A model generated the notes under the pieces. The model worked only from the letters and a program-made list of their open reading frames with translations. It had not been told where the DNA came from and did no database searches. DNA of 50,248 bases from a virus (lineage: Duplodnaviria; Caudoviricetes), in the IMG/VR virus record IMGVR_UViG_3300022200_000065, positions 1 to 50,248 of that record, one strand, 5' to 3'. Positions 7,728-16,482 of this stretch are shown here, piece by piece. The stretch's first letter is position 1, and the number at the start of each line of letters is the position of its first letter. A program made the position numbers and the translations under genes.

Positions 7728-8229
7728 AAACACCTGGCAGACGCCACTGCAGATATTCCAGACACTGAACAACGTGTACCCGATGACTGTGGACACAGCG
7801 GCGAGTGAATTAAACGCACTGCTGCCAGTGTTTATCACCAGGGAAATGGACAGCCTTGCGTTACCGTGGCGTATGTTCACCCCAGCTGGTTCATACGTCT
7901 GGAACAATCCGCCTTACAACAATATAAGCCCCTGGGTATATAAAGCTGCCAAAGAGCAGCGTAGCCACGTTGGTACTGTGCAGCTGGTGTTTAACGACCC
8001 ATCTGCCAGCTGGTATATAGCTGCTTATCAATCCTGCTGCGAAATGTGGCATGTGGTAGGGGGTCGAGTATCGTTCATCAACCCGGCCACCGGTAAACGT
8101 GTTTCAGGCAATAATCGGGGTAGCCTGATATTCATCTGGCACCCGATCAGCACCAGGCAAGATGCCCCACTTATCCGACACGTAACCCGTGATTCCCTCA
8201 TGTCTGCAAATAAACCTGTGTTTTTGTAA
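7711..8229 (+). CDS. dam: Phage DNA N6-adenine methyltransferase (phage Dam family)
   Basis: WQTP, D.AAS..NA, VWNNPPY and GRVSF motifs. Confidence 0.9.
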   Translation: MAKFDKNTWQTPLQIFQTLNNVYPMTVDTAASELNALLPVFITREMDSLALPWRMFTPAGSYVWNNPPYNNISPWVYKAAKEQRSHVGTVQLVFNDPSASWYIAAYQSCCEMWHVVGGRVSFINPATGKRVSGNNRGSLIFIWHPISTRQDAPLIRHVTRDSLMSANKPVFL

Positions 8230-8237
8230 TTTAATAT

Positions 8238-8265
8238 TTGACATTACATTCAGTTCTGATAAGTT
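8238..8265 (+). promoter_or_regulatory. Sigma70-type promoter
   Basis: TTGACA-16 bp-TAAGTT with TGn extension, in an intergenic gap. Confidence 0.55.
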
Positions 8266-8301
8266 TGTATTGTCACTTAACGAACCACAGGAACTGACGA
8301 A

Positions 8302-8520
8302 ATGAGCAGAACACTGAAAGACCTGCTTGCTAAAAACCCATCGGTGCCGTCGCACGAGTGTATCTGTTCGCAATTCTCTAAAGACGAACGAGGTATGTTG
8401 GAACGTCGTTCACAAGCGTTGGTTGATGATTCTGCAACCAATACCATGATCGCTGTTCATGATACCCAGTGGGTGAAAAACCCATTACCACCATTTACTG
8501 TATACAACAAAGTTCAATAA
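8302..8520 (+). CDS. Hypothetical protein (72 aa)
   Basis: AGGA RBS, downstream of the promoter. Confidence 0.7.
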   Translation: MSRTLKDLLAKNPSVPSHECICSQFSKDERGMLERRSQALVDDSATNTMIAVHDTQWVKNPLPPFTVYNKVQ

Positions 8521-8535
8521 CACAGGACTAACGAA

Positions 8536-9297
8536 ATGAGCAAGATTGAAGGTGTAACACTTAACAGCACGTATGCCAAACAGGGTGCTGAACTGGGTAT
8601 CAAGGTAAACAAAACCTTCCTGGTGCCGGTAGAACACATCTACATTGAACCAGGGTTTAACATTCGTGATCTAGACCCTGAACACGTTGAAGCAATCCGC
8701 CAAGGTTACGACGCTGGCCAGCCTATTCCACCAATCACCGTTAAGACCACACCGCAAGGTTTCAAAGTGCTGGACGGTCATCACCGTTATTCAGCAGCCC
8801 AGTTAGCTGGTGTTACCCGCATTGAATGTAAAGAGTTTGCCGGTACTGATGCTGATATCGTGGCGCTGATGGTGACATCATCACAGGGTAAAAACTTATC
8901 ACCCATTGAACGTGGTCGTGCTTATCAGCGTCTGATTAATATGGGTCGTGACGTTGCTGAAATCGCCCAGCTGGTTAAACGTAGTCGTGCCGATGTTGAT
9001 AATCATTTGTTGTTAATGAGCGCCGGTGATGTTGTGTTAAAGGCCGTCAATGCTGGTGTTGTTGGTTCATCTGCTGTTGTGGCTGAACTGCGTAAATCAG
9101 GTGCTGAAGGTGTGGCCACCGTTGAAGCTGCTGTGAAGGTAGCCACCGAACAGGGTAAAAAGGTTAAACCAGCTGATTTAAACCCATTCACTAAAGCAGA
9201 CATCACCCGCGTTATGGAAATCCTGTGTGGTATGAATGCTGCTGGGTTACCTGCTGAACTGGGCGCACTAATCAATAAATACCGTGGGGTGGTGTGA
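8536..9297 (+). CDS. ParB/Srx-like N-terminal domain protein with HTH
   Basis: FNIR, PPITV and LDGHHRY motifs, then LSPIER and an HTH-like segment. Confidence 0.88.
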   Translation: MSKIEGVTLNSTYAKQGAELGIKVNKTFLVPVEHIYIEPGFNIRDLDPEHVEAIRQGYDAGQPIPPITVKTTPQGFKVLDGHHRYSAAQLAGVTRIECKEFAGTDADIVALMVTSSQGKNLSPIERGRAYQRLINMGRDVAEIAQLVKRSRADVDNHLLLMSAGDVVLKAVNAGVVGSSAVVAELRKSGAEGVATVEAAVKVATEQGKKVKPADLNPFTKADITRVMEILCGMNAAGLPAELGALINKYRGVV

Positions 9298-9722
9298 TGC
9301 AAACAGGTCGTGAAGAAAAAGTGATCATTGGTAGTACACCATCACACTATTACAATGCAATGTGTGGTTGCCCAGATTGCCGCAAATTTCGTGATGGCGG
9401 CGGTAACAATTGGTGGGATTTGCAACGCGAACCAAACCACCAGGCCCGAATGGAACAATTAGAACAAAAGGTATTCCGTGAATTAGTTCTGGAAAATGTA
9501 ATTGTTCGCGCTGTCACCGACCACGGTCATTATAACAGCCTGACGCAATACGACATGCTTTTAGAAATGGTGGTTGCACTTGCTGAAACAAACAAACAGC
9601 TGACTGACCAGATTATTCAAGGCTATTCGATGATGCCGAAACCGATGGTTATCCACTGCACACCCGAGCAAGCTGCACTGTTGATGCAACCAGGTGAAAT
9701 TAAACGGATGGATGATTTATGA
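9294..9722 (+). CDS. Hypothetical protein (142 aa)
   Basis: Coupled ORF; CGCPDC motif. Confidence 0.7.
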   Translation: MMQTGREEKVIIGSTPSHYYNAMCGCPDCRKFRDGGGNNWWDLQREPNHQARMEQLEQKVFRELVLENVIVRAVTDHGHYNSLTQYDMLLEMVVALAETNKQLTDQIIQGYSMMPKPMVIHCTPEQAALLMQPGEIKRMDDL

Positions 9723-10360
9723 ATAAGCGTACCCCTGTACAATTCCGCCGCCAGCTTTTAGAAGTGTTGCGGAAAATCCGTGATGAAGGTCCAGCGTTTC
9801 CAGAGTTTGGGCTATTTCGTAACATTGATGAAATGATTAAAACCACAATGATTGTTGAATCAATCGTGATTGATGTCCTTATCAATCGTTCTGGTGGTGT
9901 CAACAGAACCAGTTGGGTTGGTGATGTTTGGAAAAATCCTCACATGTTAAGTGTTATGCACAAAATGATTAGTTTTATTGAAAACGAACATCATTATTTG
10001 TGGATGAAACCAAGTCGGCGCGAATTGCAGCAAACTGAAAATATGCTGTTGAAAAAAGAAGTGGTTCAGCTAGAACAAACCAACAAACAGTTAGTTGCAC
10101 AAATTGAACTGCTTCAGTCTGCAATTAACAAAAACTGTGTTAGTCCTGATGGTGAGGTTGTGCCTGACTGGGTTGCTGAATTGGACCTGTCTAAAACAAA
10201 CGCTTTACGGATTGTTGAGGGCAAAGCGGTAATTGCAGCAGTGAAATATTGTAACCGGCATTTGGCGTTTCTTGGTGGTTGTAGTGGTGGTGCGGTACAA
10301 GAGGTTGTAACCGTTGCCGAGTTAATTAATTACGCAGAACTTTTGGAAGGTGGTTTATGA
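9719..10360 (+). CDS. Hypothetical coiled-coil protein (213 aa)
   Basis: Coupled ORF with a heptad segment. Confidence 0.75.
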   Translation: MNKRTPVQFRRQLLEVLRKIRDEGPAFPEFGLFRNIDEMIKTTMIVESIVIDVLINRSGGVNRTSWVGDVWKNPHMLSVMHKMISFIENEHHYLWMKPSRRELQQTENMLLKKEVVQLEQTNKQLVAQIELLQSAINKNCVSPDGEVVPDWVAELDLSKTNALRIVEGKAVIAAVKYCNRHLAFLGGCSGGAVQEVVTVAELINYAELLEGGL

Positions 10361-10929
10361 CCTACGTAAACACAGAAGAAATACGCCGTGCAGCATCAAC
10401 AGCACAATCTGCGGCAAATGATATGTGTCGTGCTGCTGGCACCGCTGAAGAAGCAGCCAGGTCATTACGGTGCCTGTTTGAAGAAGGTTACGGTAGTCCT
10501 GCACTGGAACTGCTTGAGCTATTGCGTAACCAAGATCGTGATTTAAGACACGAAAACCAGCAACTAAGCGCCGAGTTAGACGCTCTTGGTAAACTGTTAC
10601 CAGGTACGATGTATATGGACCCACCGGACGGCGGTTCACCCACTATCGGCGAACAGATCACCCGTATGATTGCTGACTTACAAAACCAGAAGGTTGAACT
10701 AGTGGCGCAAAACGGCGAATTGGGTAGATTATTGAAAGCTGCGGAACACCAGACCGCAAAGTTAACACTGATTGCTTTGGGTGAAATTAGTCTGCTTGAC
10801 GTTGAGGCTGCTGCTGGTCGTGCTGGGTATATTGAAGCTACAGGTATTGACTGGGAGCAATACACTGTTTCTGAAATTGAACAATCAGCAGACGAATACG
10901 CCGAAAGCGTTAAGGCTGGTAAACGATGA
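10357..10929 (+). CDS. Hypothetical coiled-coil accessory protein (Ead/Ea22-like organisation)
   Basis: Coiled coils and YMDPPDGG motif; the family call is tentative. Confidence 0.65.
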   Translation: MTYVNTEEIRRAASTAQSAANDMCRAAGTAEEAARSLRCLFEEGYGSPALELLELLRNQDRDLRHENQQLSAELDALGKLLPGTMYMDPPDGGSPTIGEQITRMIADLQNQKVELVAQNGELGRLLKAAEHQTAKLTLIALGEISLLDVEAAAGRAGYIEATGIDWEQYTVSEIEQSADEYAESVKAGKR

Positions 10930-11180
10930 TCAAACTAACTGAACAACAAATCGCAGTATTTGGCCGACCAAACTTCCTTTGTTCTGGTGTAGCTAAGTTA
11001 TTAATCAGTCACGGGCTGTATGAGCGTGGCCCAAATAAAGCAGAATATGAACAGGCTGTCTGTATCCATTGGACATCTGAACTGCTTCGGGAACATGGTG
11101 ATAACTGGCGTGATGCTGCTCAACATATTCTGGATGATTTGGAAGCAACTAAACCAGAGGTGAGTGATGGTAATTTATAA
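10926..11180 (+). CDS. Hypothetical protein (84 aa)
   Basis: Coupled ORF, GRPNF.C...AEYEQA motif. Confidence 0.7.
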   Translation: MIKLTEQQIAVFGRPNFLCSGVAKLLISHGLYERGPNKAEYEQAVCIHWTSELLREHGDNWRDAAQHILDDLEATKPEVSDGNL

Positions 11181-11343
11181 AGGTTTAAATCCTACAATCA
11201 CAATCATGCGAAATGAGCCAGTTGTAGCGTCAATCCATCTGGTTAAAAAAACCAAGGGCAAGCAGCCTCGAAATATTCAAGTTGTCAGACCAATCAGCGG
11301 GTTTACAGACCGTAAGATTTTCATTGAATTAACAGCAAGGTGA
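11167..11343 (+). CDS. Small basic hypothetical protein (58 aa)
   Basis: Hand-translated; GAGGTG RBS. Confidence 0.6.
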   Translation: MVIYKGLNPTITIMRNEPVVASIHLVKKTKGKQPRNIQVVRPISGFTDRKIFIELTAR

Positions 11344-11415
11344 GTGATCACCCTGGATGACGATGGTACATATCGCCGGGTACACAGTTCAAATATTGTA
11401 AAGGAATAATAAATA

Positions 11416-11535
11416 ATGCCGCGTTACAACGATAAATCAATCAAGGAACGGGTCTGTTTTGTCACACTGTGGGTGTGCATTGTTGTAACAGGTTTCAAAA
11501 TAACATCGGGGCTAATATCATGCCTTTTATTTTAA
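11416..11535 (+). CDS. Small hydrophobic peptide (39 aa)
   Basis: Hand-translated; AAGGA RBS. Confidence 0.45.
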   Translation: MPRYNDKSIKERVCFVTLWVCIVVTGFKITSGLISCLLF

Positions 11536-11587
11536 CAATCTTGGTTATTATATTAATAATCAAACTCTTAGATAGTGGTAAAAAACC

Positions 11588-12004
11588 ATGAACAACCTTC
11601 AATCTGATTTTCATCAAAAGGCCGAAAAGTGTCTGAGCAAAAAACAGCTTAGTCTGGTGATGGGTTTTTTCCGTACCGTTACCGAACCACTAGAAGCTGA
11701 AGTGCGTCAAGCCCGGTTATCACTGCAGAATAACCAGCACATTGTTAAACAGCTGGAATTAGCCTGTATGGTACGTGATGACTTGACTGCAACAGCTATC
11801 AAAGCTAATGAATATTGCCAGGTAAACCATATCGGTAAAATTGGTGATGTTGCTACACTGGCCCTAATAACTGATCATCAAGTAATAGCAGAACAACGTG
11901 ACGCATTGCAAACTGCGTTACTCGCGCTTGCTGATGGTGTGTTATCAAGTCATCCTGATTTACACGTTAATGCACTTAAAATAGTTCAAACGTTAAGGTC
12001 ATAA
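11588..12004 (+). CDS. Hypothetical protein (138 aa)
   Basis: ORF in operon orientation. Confidence 0.75.
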   Translation: MNNLQSDFHQKAEKCLSKKQLSLVMGFFRTVTEPLEAEVRQARLSLQNNQHIVKQLELACMVRDDLTATAIKANEYCQVNHIGKIGDVATLALITDHQVIAEQRDALQTALLALADGVLSSHPDLHVNALKIVQTLRS

Positions 12005-12006
12005 CC

Positions 12007-12249
12007 ATGAATGTGATAGAGCAACTACGACTTGAGGTACGTAAACAGTGGGATGCTGCCCACGATTTTAAATGTAACCGGCGTTGTGCTTGTGAATCAT
12101 TTGGTAAAAAAGGAACCCGTTGTAAATATCCACCACCAGAGATTTTAAACAATGACCAAACCAATCAACCCACCGACACCAAGACCGAAAGCACCACCGA
12201 TTTCGCGGGACGGCGAACCGAAAATAATTCACCATATGACAAATACTGA
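12007..12249 (+). CDS. Small Cys-containing hypothetical protein (80 aa)
   Basis: Starts 2 nt after the upstream stop; overlaps the next ORF by 98 nt. Confidence 0.55.
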   Translation: MNVIEQLRLEVRKQWDAAHDFKCNRRCACESFGKKGTRCKYPPPEILNNDQTNQPTDTKTESTTDFAGRRTENNSPYDKY

Positions 12250-12397
12250 ATTATCGGCGGCAATTGAACGGACAAATAACCAATTGACCAATGCTAAAGA
12301 CTGCAGCCCACATATGGGTGTTTTGTCTGGTCACTTAAACTTTCTACTTGAAATCGAAGCAGAGAGGGCAGCAGCATGGCGTCTAAACGCAGGTTAA
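12152..12397 (+). CDS. Hypothetical protein (up to 81 aa)
   Basis: ORF in operon orientation; the start could be an internal Met. Confidence 0.6.
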   Translation: MTKPINPPTPRPKAPPISRDGEPKIIHHMTNTELSAAIERTNNQLTNAKDCSPHMGVLSGHLNFLLEIEAERAAAWRLNAG

Positions 12398-12594
12398 GGC
12401 GCAAACAATGTGAAGGTAAGGCAAAGCACACCACAAACGATTTCGCGCTGGTAGAGTTGCAGCGGCTGCGTAAAAAGGGTGTTGGTGGTCAGTTCAACAT
12501 TTACAAATGTACCCACTGTGGATTTTTCCACATCGGCCACGCAACAGGCCGCAACGGGTTAGGTTCAGGATTTCAATTCGGAGGTAAACACTAA
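12376..12594 (+). CDS. Small basic zinc-ribbon protein
   Basis: C..K..H and YKCTHCGFFHIGH motifs; GAGGG RBS. Confidence 0.75.
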   Translation: MASKRRLRRKQCEGKAKHTTNDFALVELQRLRKKGVGGQFNIYKCTHCGFFHIGHATGRNGLGSGFQFGGKH

Positions 12595-12965
12595 TGTTAG
12601 CGATGATGCTTAAATCAAAAAGTACCTGGCAAGGTAAAGTGCAACAAGATTTGTCAATGACCATTCACCCGGACGATACTGGTCACTTGCATATCTGTAT
12701 TTTGGGTTATGACCAAACCAGTGCTGGTCAGTTACAAATCGACATGGACCCGTTAACCATTGAAGAAGGTGAAGAATTAATTCAGTACCTTCAAACCAGA
12801 ATTAACCAGGCTAAGCAGATTAAACGTGAAACTGCTATGCAAGCAAAACCACAACAAGTTTACAGGTCTGGTGATGCGTTTCCACCACAAGCAATACCGA
12901 TGCCACCAGCACCACCTGTCCCAGCGCATGACGCACCATATCAACCAGGAATAATTAAACCATGA
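12594..12965 (+). CDS. Hypothetical protein with Pro-rich tail (123 aa)
   Basis: GGAGGT RBS, TAATG coupling. Confidence 0.75.
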   Translation: MLAMMLKSKSTWQGKVQQDLSMTIHPDDTGHLHICILGYDQTSAGQLQIDMDPLTIEEGEELIQYLQTRINQAKQIKRETAMQAKPQQVYRSGDAFPPQAIPMPPAPPVPAHDAPYQPGIIKP

Positions 12966-13342
12966 CACTACAACACAAAACAATGCACAGCGCCGGTGCT
13001 GACTTATCAGCCACTAAGAAAGTCATCGTACCTGGTTACGCCACGGTACTGGTGCCAACCGGTGAACGTATGCCCAAAGATACACCTGCTGGGTTTTTCG
13101 GTATGTTAACGCTTCGGTCATCCGTGGCGCTGAAAACATCATTATTTTTGAAAAATGGTGTGGGTATCATTGACCGGGACTACCCTGATGAAATCATGGT
13201 GATGGTCTGCAACATAAGTCCTGAAGATTACGTGATTGAACAGGGTGATCGGATTGCACAACTGATTATCGTGCCATACATCTACGCTGGCGCTGTTCTG
13301 GACGTAACCAGGTCTGGTGGCTTCGGGTCAACAGATAAATGA
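12962..13342 (+). CDS. dut: Trimeric dUTPase
   Basis: Motifs SAGADL, RSS, GIIDRDY, GDRIAQL and RSGGFGST. Confidence 0.95.
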   Translation: MTLQHKTMHSAGADLSATKKVIVPGYATVLVPTGERMPKDTPAGFFGMLTLRSSVALKTSLFLKNGVGIIDRDYPDEIMVMVCNISPEDYVIEQGDRIAQLIIVPYIYAGAVLDVTRSGGFGSTDK

Positions 13343-13623
13343 AGGTAGTCACCCAGGGGAGTCAGTCAGCAGCAAGGCTGGCTCTTTTGCTACGGTTTAC
13401 CAAGATAGACAGCGAGGACATGATCGACGCCTTGAATGATTATCTAGTGAAGGGGTTGGCCAGTAGCACTGCTGCAGATATAAACGGGGTAGACCGGGCG
13501 AACTTAAACCGGGCTGTCAACACAATCAACGACGCTGCCATAGTTGTTGAGGAAATTAAAAACCTTGATTACCAGGGTAGTTATTTGAGTCACTTAAAGG
13601 ACAATTCTGATGCAAAAAGTTGA
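13339..13623 (+). CDS. PapB/FocB-family transcriptional regulator
   Basis: LLL.FTKI.SE..I.AL.DYLV.G.....AA...GV pattern of the PapB family. Confidence 0.75.
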   Translation: MKVVTQGSQSAARLALLLRFTKIDSEDMIDALNDYLVKGLASSTAADINGVDRANLNRAVNTINDAAIVVEEIKNLDYQGSYLSHLKDNSDAKS

Positions 13624-13780
13624 ACAAGTCATGAAGCTGGAAAAGCACACGAAAAACACCGTGGTTTACACTGCTGGTGGTGATGCTGCAGTACCCACGC
13701 TGTACATCAAAAAAGATGCCCTAGGTACACCAGCACCATCAACAATCACAGTAACGATTAAGGTGTTCGGGGATGCGTAA
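13610..13780 (+). CDS. Small hypothetical protein (56 aa)
   Basis: Hand-translated; AAGGA RBS; overlaps both neighbours. Confidence 0.65.
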   Translation: MQKVEQVMKLEKHTKNTVVYTAGGDAAVPTLYIKKDALGTPAPSTITVTIKVFGDA

Positions 13781-14174
13781 ACCAGATATGGATATCGGCC
13801 CTGGTTATATGCACCGTTGGTATCTGATACCACGTAACCGGTTCTTTAATATTTACCTTCACAAGATCATTCGTTCGGATGATGACCGGGCGTTACATGA
13901 TCACCCTTGGTGGTCGGTATCCTTGTTGCTGAAGGGTAAGTTGCTGGAACTGCTAAAAGACCGTGAGCGGTTTCCTAAACGGTTTATTCCGGTGGTTCGC
14001 AGTGCTGAATTGGCACATCGTCTGGTTGTGTTAGATGGCCCAGTTTGGACGGTATTTATCACAGGACCACGAATCAGGGAATGGGGTTTTTATTGCCCTA
14101 AAGGTTGGGTGCATTGGAAAATATTCACGAAACCAGGTAGTACCGGTGAAGTCGGTAAAGGGTGTGGTGAATAA
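13773..14174 (+). CDS. Phage protein with cupin-like His motifs
   Basis: LHDHPW...G...E and HRL...WT.FITG...WGF pattern. Confidence 0.7.
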   Translation: MRKPDMDIGPGYMHRWYLIPRNRFFNIYLHKIIRSDDDRALHDHPWWSVSLLLKGKLLELLKDRERFPKRFIPVVRSAELAHRLVVLDGPVWTVFITGPRIREWGFYCPKGWVHWKIFTKPGSTGEVGKGCGE

Positions 14175-14175
14175 T

Positions 14176-14211
14176 AAAACACCGCGCCAGATGGATTAGG
14201 CGCGGGTTATT
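14176..14211. terminator. Hairpin terminator between convergent operons
   Basis: CCGCGCC/GGCGCGG stem at 14182-14205 flanked by A- and T-rich tails. Confidence 0.7.
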
Positions 14212-14213
14212 AA

Positions 14214-14522
14214 CTAACTAACAAACAACACAATACATTGTGGTCTTTCTGGCCCTACGATTACAACGCCATTCGGTGAAGCTGGGGTAATCAGTTTAAT
14301 AATTACGTCATATTTACCGACTGCTAAACCCATTTTCCCAAATTTAATTGAAATCTGACTATCAGTATAACTAACGTTGCCACCACCACTGGACATAGTT
14401 ATATCGCCAGCAATGACATCAATACGTGTAACACCATACACAGTGAAATCTATTGGTAAACCTTCATAGTTTACCTTTAAAACTTCAATGTTATCTGTGC
14501 CGTTAGTGGCAACGATTTTCAT
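14214..14522 (-). CDS. Putative virion adaptor protein, beta-rich (102 aa)
   Basis: Last gene of the fibre cassette; function inferred from context only. Confidence 0.55.
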   Translation of the reverse strand: MKIVATNGTDNIEVLKVNYEGLPIDFTVYGVTRIDVIAGDITMSSGGGNVSYTDSQISIKFGKMGLAVGKYDVIIKLITPASPNGVVIVGPERPQCIVLFVS

Positions 14523-14523
14523 A

Positions 14524-14922
14524 TTACACCGCCGTCATTTCACGATTGAAAAACACCAATGATGGAATATTCAATAAGTCACCAACTTCATTAGTGATTG
14601 CCCGATCATTCGCATCCTGGACCAGAAACACCTTTTCTGAAACTGTATCATAAATAGCAACACAAATGTCGTCGCTAATTAATGCCGTACCACTAGGGTC
14701 AATATTATTTTTAGCAGCAATAGTCACTTGCAAGTCATTACCAACATCAGCAAAAGCAATATCAGTACCACCAACAAGGGCAGCATCTGCAATAACCTTA
14801 CCTGCAAACGTGGCATAATTGTCAGTTTTTACTGGGTTTTTAACCAAAGCAATTCGGTTGGCAGTAGTAACCAAAATGTTTGGGCCGAATTTTTTAAAGT
14901 CAGAATGTGAATAGTTAGCCAT
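14524..14922 (-). CDS. Putative virion structural protein (132 aa)
   Basis: Strong GAGGA RBS, nearly identical to that of the DUF2190 capsid-associated gene; beta-rich. Confidence 0.6.
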   Translation of the reverse strand: MANYSHSDFKKFGPNILVTTANRIALVKNPVKTDNYATFAGKVIADAALVGGTDIAFADVGNDLQVTIAAKNNIDPSGTALISDDICVAIYDTVSEKVFLVQDANDRAITNEVGDLLNIPSLVFFNREMTAV

Positions 14923-14933
14923 GATAAATCCTC

Positions 14934-15986
14934 TTAGCGATAAATTGTAAAAATCGGAGTAACATTTTTAATTGTAAACGGTGATGGTAACGCTGTCACT
15001 TTTATATTAAAAGCATTTATTTCATCAGGTAAATTCTCACCAACAGTCAGAGCCTGGTTAATTTGCTGACTAATTATGATTTGGATTTCTTGTGTTTGCC
15101 AAGATGATATAGTTTGTGCTTCATTCAACTGTTCAGATGAAACAGACGTAACAACTTGTACACCAGATGTTTGGTCAACATCAACCAGTAGTGAATTATT
15201 AAGCTGTTCAGACTGACCTGCATTTACAAGTTGTGTTTCTAAAACAGATATTGTTGAAGCGTTATTAATCTGCTGACTGACAACAACAACATTGAACTGA
15301 TTGGTAAATACATCAACCAGTAGCGAATTATTAAGCTGTTCAGACTGACCAGCAGTTATAATTTGTGGTCCACCAGATTGCTCAATATCAATACTGATTG
15401 TGTTATTAATCTGCTGGCTGACAACAACAACATTAAATTGATTAGTAAATACATCAACCAGTAGTGAATTATTAAGTTGTTCAGACTGGCCAGCAGTTAT
15501 GATTTGTGACCCACCAGATTGCTCAACATCAACGCTAATTGTATTGTTAATCTGCTGGCTGACAACAATAGTATTAAATTGGTCAGTAAATACATCAACC
15601 AGTAGCGAATTATTAAGCTGTTCAGACTGACCAACAGTTATAATTTGCGTTTCTAAAACATCAATACTGATTGTGTTATTAATCTGTTCAGACTGATTTG
15701 CAGTTATACCTTGTATTTCTGAAACAGATATTGTTGAAGCGTTATTAATCTGCTGACTAACAATGACGACACTAAATTGATCAGTAAACACATCAACTAA
15801 TAACGAATTATTAAGCTGTTCAGACTGACTTACAGTTATACCTTGTGTTTCTGAAACAGATATTGCTGAAAAATTATTAAGCTGTTCAGACTGACCTGCA
15901 GTTACAACTTGCGACACAGGTTCGTCAGTAGCAGTTTCTAAATTTACACCGTATGGTTTTACGCCGTAAGCGTTAACGCCATACAT
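14934..15986 (-). CDS. Repeat-rich acidic protein, 13 units of ~22 aa with S(E/Q)Q(L/I)NN
   Basis: Repeats visible in both protein and DNA; central region has no K/R. Confidence 0.85.
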   Translation of the reverse strand: MYGVNAYGVKPYGVNLETATDEPVSQVVTAGQSEQLNNFSAISVSETQGITVSQSEQLNNSLLVDVFTDQFSVVIVSQQINNASTISVSEIQGITANQSEQINNTISIDVLETQIITVGQSEQLNNSLLVDVFTDQFNTIVVSQQINNTISVDVEQSGGSQIITAGQSEQLNNSLLVDVFTNQFNVVVVSQQINNTISIDIEQSGGPQIITAGQSEQLNNSLLVDVFTNQFNVVVVSQQINNASTISVLETQLVNAGQSEQLNNSLLVDVDQTSGVQVVTSVSSEQLNEAQTISSWQTQEIQIIISQQINQALTVGENLPDEINAFNIKVTALPSPFTIKNVTPIFTIYR

Positions 15987-16482
15987 ATACTAAAGCCATC
16001 AAACTTGGTAAAAGTTCATGCTGACCCGAATTAGGGTAGGACTTGATTGTGTCCTCTAATTTGTCACGCATACCCTGCAACATAAAATAATTTGTCGCGT
16101 ACAGTTCGGATTTATCTTTTATTTTAGCAACCAATGAATCTAATGGAATCCCACGAGAATTGGCCAATATTGTTATGTTAGGGCAATCATTAGGGTATGA
16201 ATTAGCTTCACGTTGTTGTATTTCCCAGCTATCCTTTTCAGCTTGAGTCACACCAGCAGTTAACGCTTCAACAGCCTCTACAAAAGATTGATTTATTTCA
16301 ACCAGCTTTTTAGCTTTTTCGACCGGCCACGGATTATACGTGTCAATTAATAACTGTGCTTGTTCTTGTGTCTCAGCGCCTTCTAAATACCAAACTGAAC
16401 CACGTTGATATAAACAACAATTAAAACTTTCGACATGTTCGGTTAATCCGTAACCCAACTCAAGTGGAATATTTACAATCAT
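15973..16482 (-). CDS. Tail-fibre-assembly-like protein
   Basis: E..SW..Q..EA...LA..RGI....LV.KI motif typical of fibre-associated phage proteins. Confidence 0.6.
   Translation of the reverse strand: MIVNIPLELGYGLTEHVESFNCCLYQRGSVWYLEGAETQEQAQLLIDTYNPWPVEKAKKLVEINQSFVEAVEALTAGVTQAEKDSWEIQQREANSYPNDCPNITILANSRGIPLDSLVAKIKDKSELYATNYFMLQGMRDKLEDTIKSYPNSGQHELLPSLMALVYVWR

Noticed and set aside
14934-15986. Diversity-generating retroelement template/variable repeats
   Set aside because: No reverse transcriptase in the window; repeats are in-frame and tandem, and differences are not adenine-specific
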